A stretch of DNA of 64,000 nt from a virus: positions 96,001 to 160,000 of IMG/VR virus record IMGVR_UViG_3300045988_162176; one strand, 5' to 3'. A program made the translations under genes and the position numbers. The notes under the pieces were generated by a model, which saw only the letters and a program-made list of their open reading frames with translations, had not been told where the DNA came from and made no database searches. Below are positions 52,001-63,767 of the stretch, in pieces (position 1 is the first letter of the stretch; every line of letters starts with the position of its first letter).

Positions 52001-54570
52001 TTTACCATGGCATTAATAAATGTTTGTTCATCTTCATCCATAGCTTTAATTGTAGAACTAAGTCCAGAGAATTTATATCCAACATCAACTATACCATCAG
52101 CAGTTGCCGCATAATCAATTAAAGCATCTGTATATTCCAGTATGTCTTGTTTAGAGTCATGCACTACTTTTTGATATGCTTCTTGTTCTTTCTTTAACTC
52201 TTGCAATTCTGAGTAGGCTTTCTCATACTCTTCTGTTCCTTTAGTTAAAGAATTAACATAGTCTTCTTGTTCTTTTACTTTGGTATTTAACCCTTTTGTT
52301 GTAGCATCAAAACCAGTGCCGGTAATTGTCGTTTCATCACCTAATTTACCCCCTGCTTTGGAAATATTTTTAACCGCATCATCCCATTGTTGACCAAAAA
52401 CACTTAAATCAGAATCAGTAGGATTTAACCATTGATGAACCCAATTAAAGAACCCTCCACCATTATCAAAGAATTTCGCAGTTGCAGTCTCTTTTAAAGA
52501 TTGTACCATTTTATCAACCGCTTCTGTTACTTCTCCAACTTTGCCAGCAAGCCCATCAGGACCAACTAATTTATTTCCATATTCATCTGTACGAACAACT
52601 AACTCAGGGAAAGCTTCTGCTAATTTATTAGACAAATCTAAAAATTGTTGATATTCTTCGCTTGTAAGAGAAATATTATTACCTAAGTAATCTACTCCTT
52701 TGGCAAGTTTATCATATTCAACAGTATTGGCAGAAGAAGACAAAGCATTGCTATAAGCTTCAGAAGCTTCATTATAAGCTTCCTGTAAATTTTTCTTAGA
52801 ATTTTCAATGCCCTGTGCAATTCCTGCAACTACTGCTGCACCAACCATTATTCCTAACCCAGCTAAAGAAGAAGGCTTTATTGTAGTTGTAAATTCTTTC
52901 CATGCGCCACTCAACCGCGCACTCAATTGCTCACTTGCTTCTCCACCTAACATTTTAGTGAGTTCTTTATTAAATAAAAACTTCTTTCTAGCTTTTACAA
53001 GAGCATTGCCAAACTCGTCTCCAAATTTAGAAAGGGTTTTACCACCAAGAGAACCTCCCAAAAGCATTCCAATTGTTTGTCCTCCTGTACCTCCAAGGTT
53101 TTTACCTATTGAAGACCCAATCCAAGTTCCTCCAAGCATACCAAGTAATCCACCAATACCAGAAGCAACCATTCCAACACCCGTTTGATTAGAAGACTAA
53201 CCAACATTAACACCCATCTAATTAAAAGTACGTCTATAATTAGGGTCGGCGTTTCTACCACTTAATGCTCCACGGGCAAAGAAATTTTTCTTCCGAGCGT
53301 CATATTCAGCTTCTCTTGCTCTATATTGCTCTTCTGTCATACCCATTTCTGCTATTGCTTTTCTCTTAGCTTGTTCGTATAATTCAGAAGCATTTTGCTC
53401 ATCTTTATACTAATCTTTCAAATTTCTTATGGCTACAACATCTTCATACCTTGCATTGTATTCTTCTTGTAAGACTTTTAAAGTTTCAGCTTTTAAACTG
53501 GAAATTAATTTAGTTTTTGTTGTATCATCTAACAATGCTACAGTTTCATCAGAAATATTACCATTTAATAACTCTTCGGCAATTCGTTTTCTATCAGTTG
53601 TTTCTTGGGCTAAGAAAGTGGATTGAATAATTTTATAAGTGGCTTTTTCTTCATCTGACAACGCCGCCGCTGCACGATTCAAAGCACTACTATAAACTTC
53701 TCCAGCAACACTATCCATGCTTGCAGAAGTTTCTGCCCACATTCTACTCCAAGCAGCTTTTGCATATTCTGCGTCAGCACTTTGATTGGCTGTGCCACTG
53801 AACACCTAACCCATATTACCTAAGAATCCAGCAACTTTTCCTGCTCCACCAACAACGCCAGACACAAGTGTTCCTTTTCCTACAATTCCAGCAGCAGCAA
53901 GTAAAGCAGCCCCAAATAATGTCAAATTGTCGGCTACAGCAGCCAAGCCATTATAAACAGTTTCAAGTACGCCACTACTATTAAGCATTAAAGCCCACTT
54001 TTCTAAGCTAGCAGTTAAACGCTTTTGAGCAGCTTCAACTCCACTTGTATAAGCTTCCATCTTCTTAGCAGCAGTACCAGCAGATTCAGCAGCAATCTTT
54101 TCATACTTAGCTACCAAATCCATGTTCTCCATAAGGATTAAGAAGTTTTCACGCTGTCTCGTACCAGCCACAGCAGTAGCAATACCAGACTTTTGAACAT
54201 CACTAAAGGATGTCCATTTTTCAGAAATATCATCAATGATATCATCAACATCTCTGAAATTATCAATAGAATCTCTAACACTAATACCAACAGCTTTTAA
54301 TACCTGTTCAATTTCATTCAGGTTAGAGAAATCTTCTTGGGATAACCCCTCTTGTTCAGCTTCCTCTTGGGAAACTTCAAATTTTGTTGCGGCAATTTTT
54401 TGGAATCTTGAGTACAATGTCTTGAAGCTCTCACCAACAGTTTCAGGTGTCTTCTGAGAAACTTCCGAAACTGTCGTAATCATTGCCATGTATCTATCCA
54501 AACTGGAACCCGCCAATTGCGCTGAGACGTTCGCACGACTCATTGCAGCAGCTAAGTCACCAGCACTAAT
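49003..54570 (-). CDS. giant tape-measure-like protein, exon 2 (about 1,856 codons)
   Basis: Track fragments 53806..54543, 53410..53805, 51460..53172, 51022..51384, 50554..50748 and 49585..50298 are all in one frame. They are connected only by TAG codons (17 counted) with no TAA or TGA. A Gly-rich hydrophobic segment lies around 52.9-53.2 kb, followed by long coiled-coil-like stretches. Confidence 0.7.
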
Positions 54571-54895
54571 CTGTTATGTTTAAATGATTCGCTAAATCAT
54601 TCGAGAAAATTCTCCTCATACTTTCATATGAGCACTGACTATATCTTCACCCTTATTATAAGGGGCGTACTTTTTCGGAAAATCAATCGCTTATTTCCCT
54701 ACTCCTTTTTAGGATAGTCGATGGACATTATTCTATTCAAATCTTCGCTGCTGATTATCTAATCTTTATATTTTTTTAGCATTCACATTTAAGTTTATTT
54801 CATCTTTATGTTGTAGCATATAAAGCTCTAAAGATTTCCCAGCAATTAAATACGTTTTCACTCACATATTACTATGTTTGCGACCTATTTTATTA
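54571..54895 (-). mobile_element. ORF-less group I intron (325 nt) in the tape-measure core
   Basis: The classical P, Q, R and S elements occur in the correct order on the minus strand: AAUUGCUGGGAAA (54847-54835), AAUCAGCAGCG (54756-54746), CCAUCGACUAUCC (54724-54712) and GAAGAUAUAGUCAG (54648-54635). The 5' exon ends in U (GCU|) and the intron ends in G (CAG|). Splicing joins ..LTAVDMAAA to ISAGDLAAAMSRANV.. in frame. Confidence 0.85.
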
Positions 54896-57800
54896 AGCCG
54901 CCGCCATATCAACCGCAGTTAATTTATCAACAACTTCTCCCACTTCATCAACAGAAAGTTTCCAACCTTTAAGAACAGAAATTAAATATTCCGTAGCTTT
55001 GGCGGAATCAATCATACCAAGAACGCTAAGATTCATGGAATTTTCAACAAGCTGAGAAGCTTCTTGTCCTTCGTAACCAGCACGAAGCCAATCGTTAGCT
55101 GCCGTGGCAACTTCTTCTGTACTCTTACCAACTTTACGAGCTAATGTATTAAAATCAAGCATCATGCTTTGAATCTCTTTATAGCTGTAACCACTTGCAA
55201 TCTGCAAGTCAACCATTACTGCATTAAGAGACTTAGCACTATTCATGATTTGATTAAACATATTTCTAACAGTCATTGCCAATTGATTAGCAATAACATC
55301 AATACTTACTAATCTTGCAAAACTGTTAGTAAACGTCTTTCCTATAGTTTCAAGAACACCTTTTTGCTCTCTATAAGTAGCATTAATTTTAGTAAGCTTA
55401 ACTTGATGTTGAGCTTGCAAATTAGCTTCCTGTTGTTCGAGCTTATTAATGGCTTCTTGACTATAGCCCATTTCTTTAAGTTCTTTAACTCTTTCTGCAT
55501 ATACAGTACCCTATTGCTTTAACAAATTCAATTGTTCACTTAAAGCGGTACGAATATTTTCCTGCTCAAGTTTTTCATATCCTGAAGAATTACTGACTTT
55601 TAAATCTGTTCTTTGAATCTCTTCTTGCAACTTCATCTGTTGCTTAAGATTATTAAGATAATCCTTAATATCTTTATTACCTTGAGAATTTTGGAAACCT
55701 GTATTCCTGTTCATTCTATCAGTAATAAATTGAGGTCTATTATTTAATTTTTCACCATTCTGATAGTAACCAGTGGTAGCAAATTGAGATTCAGCAAGAA
55801 TTTTATCCTGTTGAATACCTTGTCCTTTAGAGCCTCTTTCAAGACCTTCGGCAACAGTTGCCATAGAAGCAGCTTTACCCTTAGTTGTTTCAACAAAAGA
55901 TTGACCATCCTTTGTAAAGCTTCTAATAATTTGCACGAAAGAACGAGCAAAAGCTTCAACACGAGCTTCACCATCTTCAATAATAGCAGAAATATCTCCC
56001 GCCCCAGAGTCTTTATCAAAGCCTTCGAATCCGAGTTCAGCAACTCTTGTCTTCAAATCACTTGATAAACTATCAAAAGATTTACCTTCAGATTGAGCTT
56101 GCTTTAATTTTTCAACAACCTGACTGTATTCAGATTCAGCCATCCTAAGATAAGTACTTGCTTGTAAAACACGAGCGGCACGCATCCGTGGGTCATCTTC
56201 TCCACCACTGTTAGAGAATTTCCAGTCTGCAACAGTTACATCTGCGTATTTACCATTAACTTTTTGACCAAAAGTCAAAGCATCCGCAGTACCAGCAAAA
56301 GCACGATTACCAATAACTCCACCAAGCTTAAGCTCTTTGAGTGTGGAACTATTTAACGCACCAGATGTTCTTGCAGCATTAACAACATCACGGGCTCTAC
56401 CCTGTTGGCGTTGCAAATCTTCCGCTGTTACAGATAAACCAGCGCCTCCAAGTTGAGGCGATTTTCTAACTTCATCTATTAATTGCTCCATTAACTCATC
56501 AGTCATATTGTCGATGTTTTCAACAATAGCATGAGCAAATGTACCCAACGCAGAAGCTTTATTACCAGATTGAGTAGTATTCGGGAATTTACTGTAATCT
56601 TCATAAGGCGCAGTTGTCACTTGAGTAACAGACCTAAGATTTCCGCCCTCAGAAGAATAAGTCTTATCACCGACCTTCATAGTTCTGGAATGACCTTCAC
56701 CAAGTTCACTCACAACATCAGCCGCAATAAATTTAGCCCATTCGCCACTTGCGTCTTTCAAATTAGCCGCTTTATCAATAGAATTAGTCTGAGAAGCTGT
56801 TTGATTTGCTTGAGCAACAGGAGCATTTGCTTTTACTTCAGTAGCACCATTTACATCAATGTTACCAGTATTAACAATAACTTTACCATTCTGAGCATTA
56901 ACAACAACATTACCCTTAGCATTAATAACAGAACCTTCAACAGTTTCTTCTGTGCCATCTTCAGAAACTCTTACCCATTCGCCATTGTCATTAAGATAAG
57001 TCTTATCTTTTCTTAATTCACCATTAAAGGTGCGATAAGGGTCTAATGCTTTAGAATAATTAGTGGCGTCCTTAAGAGAAAGACCCATTGGTTTAAGATA
57101 AGCTTCAAAACTATTAAACGCTTCAATAAGATTTTCCATGGTCGCGCCCTTAAAGGATGCAAATTTACCATTCTCATCAACGGTAGCAATTCCCATCTTT
57201 GTAAGAGCATCAATCTAAGCTTTATCTCCACTTGCAATTATTTGAGAAGCAACAGTTTCAAACTGCTTACCGTCCATTATACTGCCAAGAACATTAAGGT
57301 CTTTAGCAATACTTAAGAAGCCCTTTTGGTCATCAGTATCAGCAAAACGTCCTTCATGAATTGCACTAACCAAATCTTTAACAGCTAATAAAGCTTGGTC
57401 TTCACTCATTCCTTCTTTGCCGATTAATCTTGCGTAAATCTTTTTAGAAGAAATCGCATCCTGTTCAAAAGATTCCATGGTGGCTCTAATAATAGCAGAT
57501 TGCACAGCAGAAGTTGCACCATTATTGTCGGCAAACCCTGTTTTGTACATAGCTTCTCTTGCTTTAGTGTCAGCATCAGAGAACAATCCGACGTTTTGGA
57601 ATGCCATTTTAGCCTGTTCAGATGCATCTTTATTTATCCATTTCTTAGATAAATTTTTAGCAATCGTATTCCAGCTATCATCTATATCGACTTTTTTATT
57701 TTGAGCTTTTTGCTTTTGAATCTGATTCATAATACTTGCAACAGTATCATTGTATTTTAAGATATAATCCTCTGCAAGTTTTTCATCTTCACCATATTGT

Positions 57801-60800
57801 TCATATACCTTAAGAGCCATGCGGAATTTATCACCGTCAAAGTCTCCTCGGAACAATTCAGCCAAACCAGCACTAACTCTAATTGTATCGCCAGCAGATT
57901 CGTCCAAACCAAGTCTTGCAGTATATCCTTCCATACCTTGAGTATAAGGATAACGACCCACTTCTGTAGTAAAAGTGTTATTGCCGCTCTTTATCTCACC
58001 AATAATAGCGCCAATAATTTCTTCTTCAAATTGATTTATTTCATCTTCCGAAAGTTTATTGGTAAACTTTCCATCTTCAAACCGAGGTCTTAAAGACATC
58101 GAAGTAATAACTCTTTGTCCACTCTCTTTAATAGATTTTGCTCTTAAAGTAGAAAAGAGTCTGTTAATATTTTCAAGCCTGTCTTGTTTAGTAGCGGAAG
58201 ATGTACTGCTCATTAATTCTCTTAAACGCTTAGAAGAAATATAAACCGTATTAGCTTGTTCATCTGTTAAATCAGCCAACTTAGAAGTACCCGCCGCAAC
58301 AGAGAAAGCAGAATAAGGTACATAATTATGAGTAGCTTGTTTTACCAACTCGGAATCTTTTGTATTGCCAAGTTTATGATAAACATCAGCCGCATATTGC
58401 TTTGCTTTCTCAAAAGCTTCTTGGGATTCTGTAGCAGCTTGCAGTAATGCAGAGTTAGCACTATCAATAGCGCCAGAATAATATTCTCCATCAGGAGACA
58501 TTGCTGCACCAGCATCTCCAAGCAAATATTTCTTTCCACCAATGGCAGAATCAGAAAGATTTAATACAATATTACCACGAGCATAAGCTTCACCTTCAGA
58601 CCCTTCTAAAGCAGAAAGTTCTTTTTGAAGTTGACGTGCTCTTTCCATAGCGAAGTTTTGGTATTCCTCCGCACTTATCTTACCAGAATGTCTTAAAGCA
58701 TTGATGTCAGTAAGAATATCAGAATAAACCTAATCACCAGCTTGAAGAACTACTTGACCATCTTGAACTCTAAATTCAACATCTTTTGTTCCTTTGGCAG
58801 TGGTATAATCTGTAACATTATTAAGAGATTTGTTAGCTGCAATTAAATTCTTGCGAACTTTTTGAGCCTCCAAACCTTTTTTGCCATATGTATTATCTTG
58901 TTTTTCTTGTTGAGCTTTTAAGCTCTTCAAACCAGCAATAACTTTTTCTCTATCTTTAAGATTACTTTGACCAGCAGCAGATTTAGTAATATAATCTAAA
59001 CTTCTTTGTCTTGCATTTCTTACTTTCCAGTCATCAGTAACACGTCCATCTCTTTCAAGTGTATTTGCACTACCATAACCAGAAGCATTAGAATAAGGAT
59101 AAATATTGTGCTGTCCAATGCCAAGAGAAGCTAATCCTTTAATAGAATCATATATTGCCTATGCTTCAAAAGCACTCTTACCAATCCGTTTAAAGATTGC
59201 CAATGCAGATTGTTCGATTCCCTTAAAAGAAGCTAACGTTTCCTCTGGATTAGCAAAAACATCTTCGCCTCGCTTGTTTGTAACAACACCATTTTTCTCA
59301 TCGGTAATATCAACAAGTAATTTCTTTTCTTCTCCATTCTCTCCCGTTACAGTTTGAATTTCAAACATCTTCTAAAGGAGAGGAGGTAAATTACTATAAA
59401 TGTTTTCAAGAGAAGAGCCTTGTTCCAAAGCCTTATCAATAATGGTGTTTATTTGACCCATGAACTCAGAATAATAATTACGTTCTTTTACATCATCATT
59501 CAGCAAAGTCAAATAATCAGCATCAGCAATAGCATTCTTACCTCTTGCAGCCCAAAACTGTTTAACAAAATCAGCTTTACTTACTCCATGTTGTTTTTCT
59601 GCATCAGCAGTTAAACGTCTACCACCTTCATCAACAAGCTTTACACCTTGTTCAACTTGTCTAAGTCTGTCAACCAGTAATTTCCAACCGTTATCAGTTT
59701 TCTCAAGACCAACCAGTAAATCCCCCTCATTTACAGAGAAATCTTTAGAGAACATCTTAAACTGGTCTTTGCCAACTGTTTGATTAATATCAATAACTGA
59801 ACCAGTTTGATAATCGCCAGAAGCAAGACTATCAATATCTACACCAAACTGATTTAAGAAATCTAAAACAATATCTTCAGTATTGGTAGCCTTAGACACA
59901 TTCCTTTGAATACTTTCAGTTTCAGCAATAATCTTGTCTGTAACTAAAGCAACATCGGTCATATCTTTCAACATAGAATCTATTCTATGTGTATAATCTT
60001 TATCGCTTTCACCAGCCATTTGAGGATTGAAAGATTGATAGTACGCTCTTTCAGCTTCATCAAATTCTTTTTGAGTTAAACCATAACTCTTATATCTCTT
60101 ATGTGTGATATCTGTTCTATCAATACCAGCATCCAAAGCTTGCTGAGTAGTAGTAACAACTTGACTCATGGCATCAGAAGATGCTTCTCTACTTGCAAGA
60201 GCTTTTTCAGATAATCTTAAAGTATCAAAAGCCTGAGATAAACTTCTTTGAGTTGCGTCTATACCTTGACCAAAAGGAACATATTGTCTTGAAGATACGG
60301 TGTAATTTTTACCAAGAGCAAATTTACCCTCGGATTCACCAGTATAATCGCTTGGCATCGCCGCACCAATTTCTTTAGCCGCTTTTCTATAATATTTAAA
60401 AGCATCACTGGTCATAATGAATTTAACCAGTTCATCAGCTATAGTATCTGGGTCTAAATTTTCTTTCATAGCCAACGCCCAAGCATTAGCCATAGCGTCA
60501 GTTAATTCTTTACTTGGGTCAAAAGCATTGTAATTTGCTTTATACCCTTCGTTATTTCCTGTAAAATAGCCACTTAATGCCTCTTTAACATCTTTTTGAT
60601 TAAGAGTAGACTGAATTTCTCTAGCGATACTATATTGAGTAGAACGCATAGCTTCTAATTCGGTTAATTTACCAGAATAGCGAGTATTAGAATCTTGAAT
60701 GTCTTCTCTTGCTTCAGAACCCATCGTAACAGAAGATACTTTGTTAATAGCTCTGTTTGCCCCTGATTGCAAACGACGAGAAATTTGGTCGGAAGAATAT

Positions 60801-62302
60801 TTAGTAAAATCTGTATTTCTTAAAATAGAAGTCGCATCTTTAACCTGTAAAGTTTCTGCCGTTTCCATTACTTTGACACCCTTTACTTCAGGAGTGCCAT
60901 CTTCTTTCAATTTTCCAGTGGGGATAAATTCTGTTGCAACTTCAGCTTGATTGATTCTACCACCAGCAATTCTACCAGTTTCATCACCAACTGCAAAAGA
61001 TACTTTTATATTATTCTCTTTTTTCCAATCTGTTGATTTGTATTCTTTATCTAAAGGAATAAGCATAGCCTGAATTTCAGAACCATTTCTTCTAAAATAA
61101 ACAGAATAACCTTTCTTTTCTGCTTCTTCAACAAATGTTGCTAAGGCATCACGAGTAGTACCATATCCCTTATTACCGCCACCCGTAATATTAGATACAT
61201 CTTGTCCAGCTCTACTTTTTTGTCTGTTCCTATATTCAGCACCAGTTAATGAAGCTTTCGCTCCTTCGTTAAAGCCATTAATTAAAGCATCTAAACTCTT
61301 ATAGACTTCAACAGAATGACCTTGAATATTTTCTTTGTCAGAAGCAAAAGTACCACCAAAAGATTCAATTTGCTATTTTGACAAAGCTCCAGAAATTCCA
61401 CCAGAATTTTTAGCAATTAAATTAAAACTGCTTCTGTATTTTTCTGCCTCTTTTTTAGCTGTTTCTTCAGTAACATTCCTCTAAGTTTGAATAGATTTGG
61501 AAAGCTAATTAATTATAGCCTCCACTCCATCAAAAGTATCAAAATCTTTAGAAGAAATAGCTTTTACAAAATCAGCTTTAACCGCACTATTAACCATTGT
61601 TTTTGGAGTTGTTGGCATTTTAACTGTTTTGCTTTTTGTGGCTTTTGCAACAGTTGGCTTTTTTGTTCCTATGTTGGTAATCCCCTAATTCAAAGACAAA
61701 CCAACATCTACAGCCATTTTTTGAACAGCAGTAGCTAATTTGGCTTCTTCTTTAGAAGTATCAATAGGCGTAAAACCAGATTTCTTTTCTTGAAGTCTTT
61801 TTACTCTATATATAAGCTCTTGACCTCTTTCTTGTGCCTTTTGTGTCAAAGCTTGATAAATAAATTCATAAGCTTTCCTTTGCTCGTCTACACTTCCTTG
61901 AAAATTTTCAGCTTGTTTTATCATATCAATAGCCATATCAGCTTGCTAATTGATATAATCAATACCCTGTTGTTCTAACTATTGATTCTTAGCATCATTT
62001 ACAGCTATTTTCTTTTTGTTCTTGTTGTTTTGCCCTTGTCTACTAGCTTTTAAAGTCTCCGTAGACTTTTTCATATTAGAAATTTGTTGCTCTCTTTGAG
62101 CATTCAACATATCAATAACATCGTTAGTTTGAGTGCCATTATTAATTAGACGCTTAGTAGCTTCTTGGGCTTTCTTTGTATCTATAGCCTAACCAGTACT
62201 CTTACCTTTTTCATCCAAGCCATAAGTTTTTTTTATATCCGAATATGCTTTAGCTTGAATATCTTCTATTCTCTATTCTAAACTTTTCAGTAAATCTTCC
62301 AT
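54896..62302 (-). CDS. giant tape-measure-like protein, exon 1 (2,469 codons; N-terminal extension plus the start of the TP901-type TMP core)
   Basis: ATG 62300-62302 follows AAGGAGGAATAATAC, and a TAA lies two codons upstream in frame. Track fragments 61685..61936, 59372..61066, 59159..59368, 58730..58930, 57215..58648, 55511..57196 and 54893..55471 share one frame, joined by 13 TAGs. The TMP core motif ..LQIASGYSYKEIQSMM..ATAANDWLRAGYEG..LSVLGMIDSAKATEYLISVLKGW..VVDKLTAVD is present. Confidence 0.7.
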
Positions 62303-62315
62303 GTATTATTCCTCC

Positions 62316-62966
62316 TTATTTTAATTGAATTCCATATTTTTTATAAATCATTGGCTTCAATTCAACCAAATACTATTTTTCATATTCTTGTTGAGCTCTA
62401 AAACGAGCTACTCTATAGGTTTCATCTATAGAAGGTAACGTACTTAAATCTATTCCTTGATTAATTGGATTAAAATTGTAATAATCCAATCTAACATCTG
62501 CAAGCACATCTTCTTGAGAATCTTCGTCCATTTTACCACCTGATGATAAAAAATCCTAATCGTCATCCTAAAAAAACTAATCAATAAATAATCCAGCAGC
62601 TTCGTCTTCACTTCTGAAATTCTTTACCGTGGATTCTGATACTGTATTTGGATTAAATTTTTTCTTTTCCCTATAGTTCTTATTGCTAAATTTGAACTTT
62701 GCCGTATTGTAGGTGCAATAAGGTGTAGCATCGCTATTTTGTCCAAAATACAAAGAAGACATTAAAGAATCTTCGTCATATAAATCTCCATAATAGTTAT
62801 CAAATACACTTTTAAACACACTTTTATATATTGCTGTATAACTATTTAACAATTCAATTTTAATTGCCATCACTCTACTTGGCAACATCTTTTTAGTTGC
62901 ATCTACAGTTTCTTTTATTTCTTTTTTTAATGCATTTGAAACTGCATTTGGTAACACTTGTTCCAT
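62316..62966 (-). CDS. hypothetical protein in the tail-assembly-chaperone position (216 aa after TAG read-through)
   Basis: ATG with RBS AAGGAGGTTAATAT. The track ORF stops at TAG 62577. The frame continues through TAGs at 62568, 62556 and 62370 to TAA at 62316-62318. Confidence 0.55.
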
Positions 62967-62991
62967 ATATTAACCTCCTTATTTTATTTTA

Positions 62992-63020
62992 AAAGCTGCA
63001 CCAAAAAATGATGCAGCTTT
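62992..63020 (-). terminator. intergenic stem-loop (AAAGCTGCA-N11-TGCAGCTTT); attenuator or RNA-stability element
   Basis: 9-bp perfect inverted repeat between the 63036..63752 and 62316..62966 genes. The tail is only weakly U-rich, so it may not be a full terminator. Confidence 0.35.
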
Positions 63021-63035
63021 ATATTTCTTTTTATA

Positions 63036-63752
63036 TTAAGATTCTTTACTTTCCAGCTCCTTAGCACCTTCAGTATTAATTTTATCAATAACTGCCTTTT
63101 CAAGTGCGTTGGTAAGTTTTTTATTTTCTTCTGAAGTAGCTCCATAAAGCTCTTTAAGATGTTCAACCATTTCCTTGCTTTCTTTAAGAGCATCAATCAT
63201 CATTCTATTTTTATCAGCGACTTTCTGCAATTCCTTATAATCAAGATTTTCAAAAATATCACTAAAATTATTAAGATTGTTAAAATTAATAGCATCTCTT
63301 AACATCTCAACAAATTCATCATAATCCTTTTTGCAAAAACCTAAAATAAATTCAGAAAACAAAGGATACAACAAATCATAAGAAGTATAAGTACACAAAG
63401 ATTTTTCAGAAACATCTACCATTGCATACTGTCCAAGCAATACATCAAAGAACAAATGTCTCTTCATAATAATACTCTTAAGAGAAGCATCTTCAACATC
63501 TTCATTCTCAATAGTAAACACTAAAATCATAATGAGCTTCATCTTATCAAGAATTGGGAGATAACTTCTAATCGTCATCTTATCTCCAAGCTGACCAAAT
63601 TCTTCTGGGGTAATTTCACCGTCCAAGAACTTTTTCGTCTGTCGAATTAACTCAGAAACGGTAATTTTCTCAACTTTTTCCTCATTCTTCTGTTCATTTT
63701 CGGTCAATTTGACCTGTTTTTCACCAGATAAAAGTTTGTTTTCATCTGCCAT
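63036..63752 (-). CDS. hypothetical protein (238 aa), upstream of the chaperone-position and tape-measure genes
   Basis: Uninterrupted ORF. ATG with RBS AAAAGGAGAGAATAAAA. The stop is TAA. Confidence 0.55.
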   Translation of the reverse strand: MADENKLLSGEKQVKLTENEQKNEEKVEKITVSELIRQTKKFLDGEITPEEFGQLGDKMTIRSYLPILDKMKLIMILVFTIENEDVEDASLKSIIMKRHLFFDVLLGQYAMVDVSEKSLCTYTSYDLLYPLFSEFILGFCKKDYDEFVEMLRDAINFNNLNNFSDIFENLDYKELQKVADKNRMMIDALKESKEMVEHLKELYGATSEENKKLTNALEKAVIDKINTEGAKELESKES

Positions 63753-63767
63753 TTTTATTCTCTCCTT

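Noticed and set aside
40860-62302. Dozens of 60-240-aa minus-strand ORF fragments that could be read as a decayed, pseudogenised region or as many small hypothetical genes.
   Set aside because: Consecutive fragments share a frame. They are separated only by TAG and never by TAA or TGA. They lack RBSs and genuine ATG starts, and they form a tape-measure core when joined. TAG recoding explains them better than decay does.
62316-63752. Programmed -1 frameshift of the tail-assembly-chaperone (G/GT) type between the two genes upstream of the tape-measure gene.
   Set aside because: The two ORFs do not overlap. They are separated by about 70 nt containing a hairpin and an independent AAGGAGG RBS, and no slippery heptamer was seen at the end of 63036..63752.
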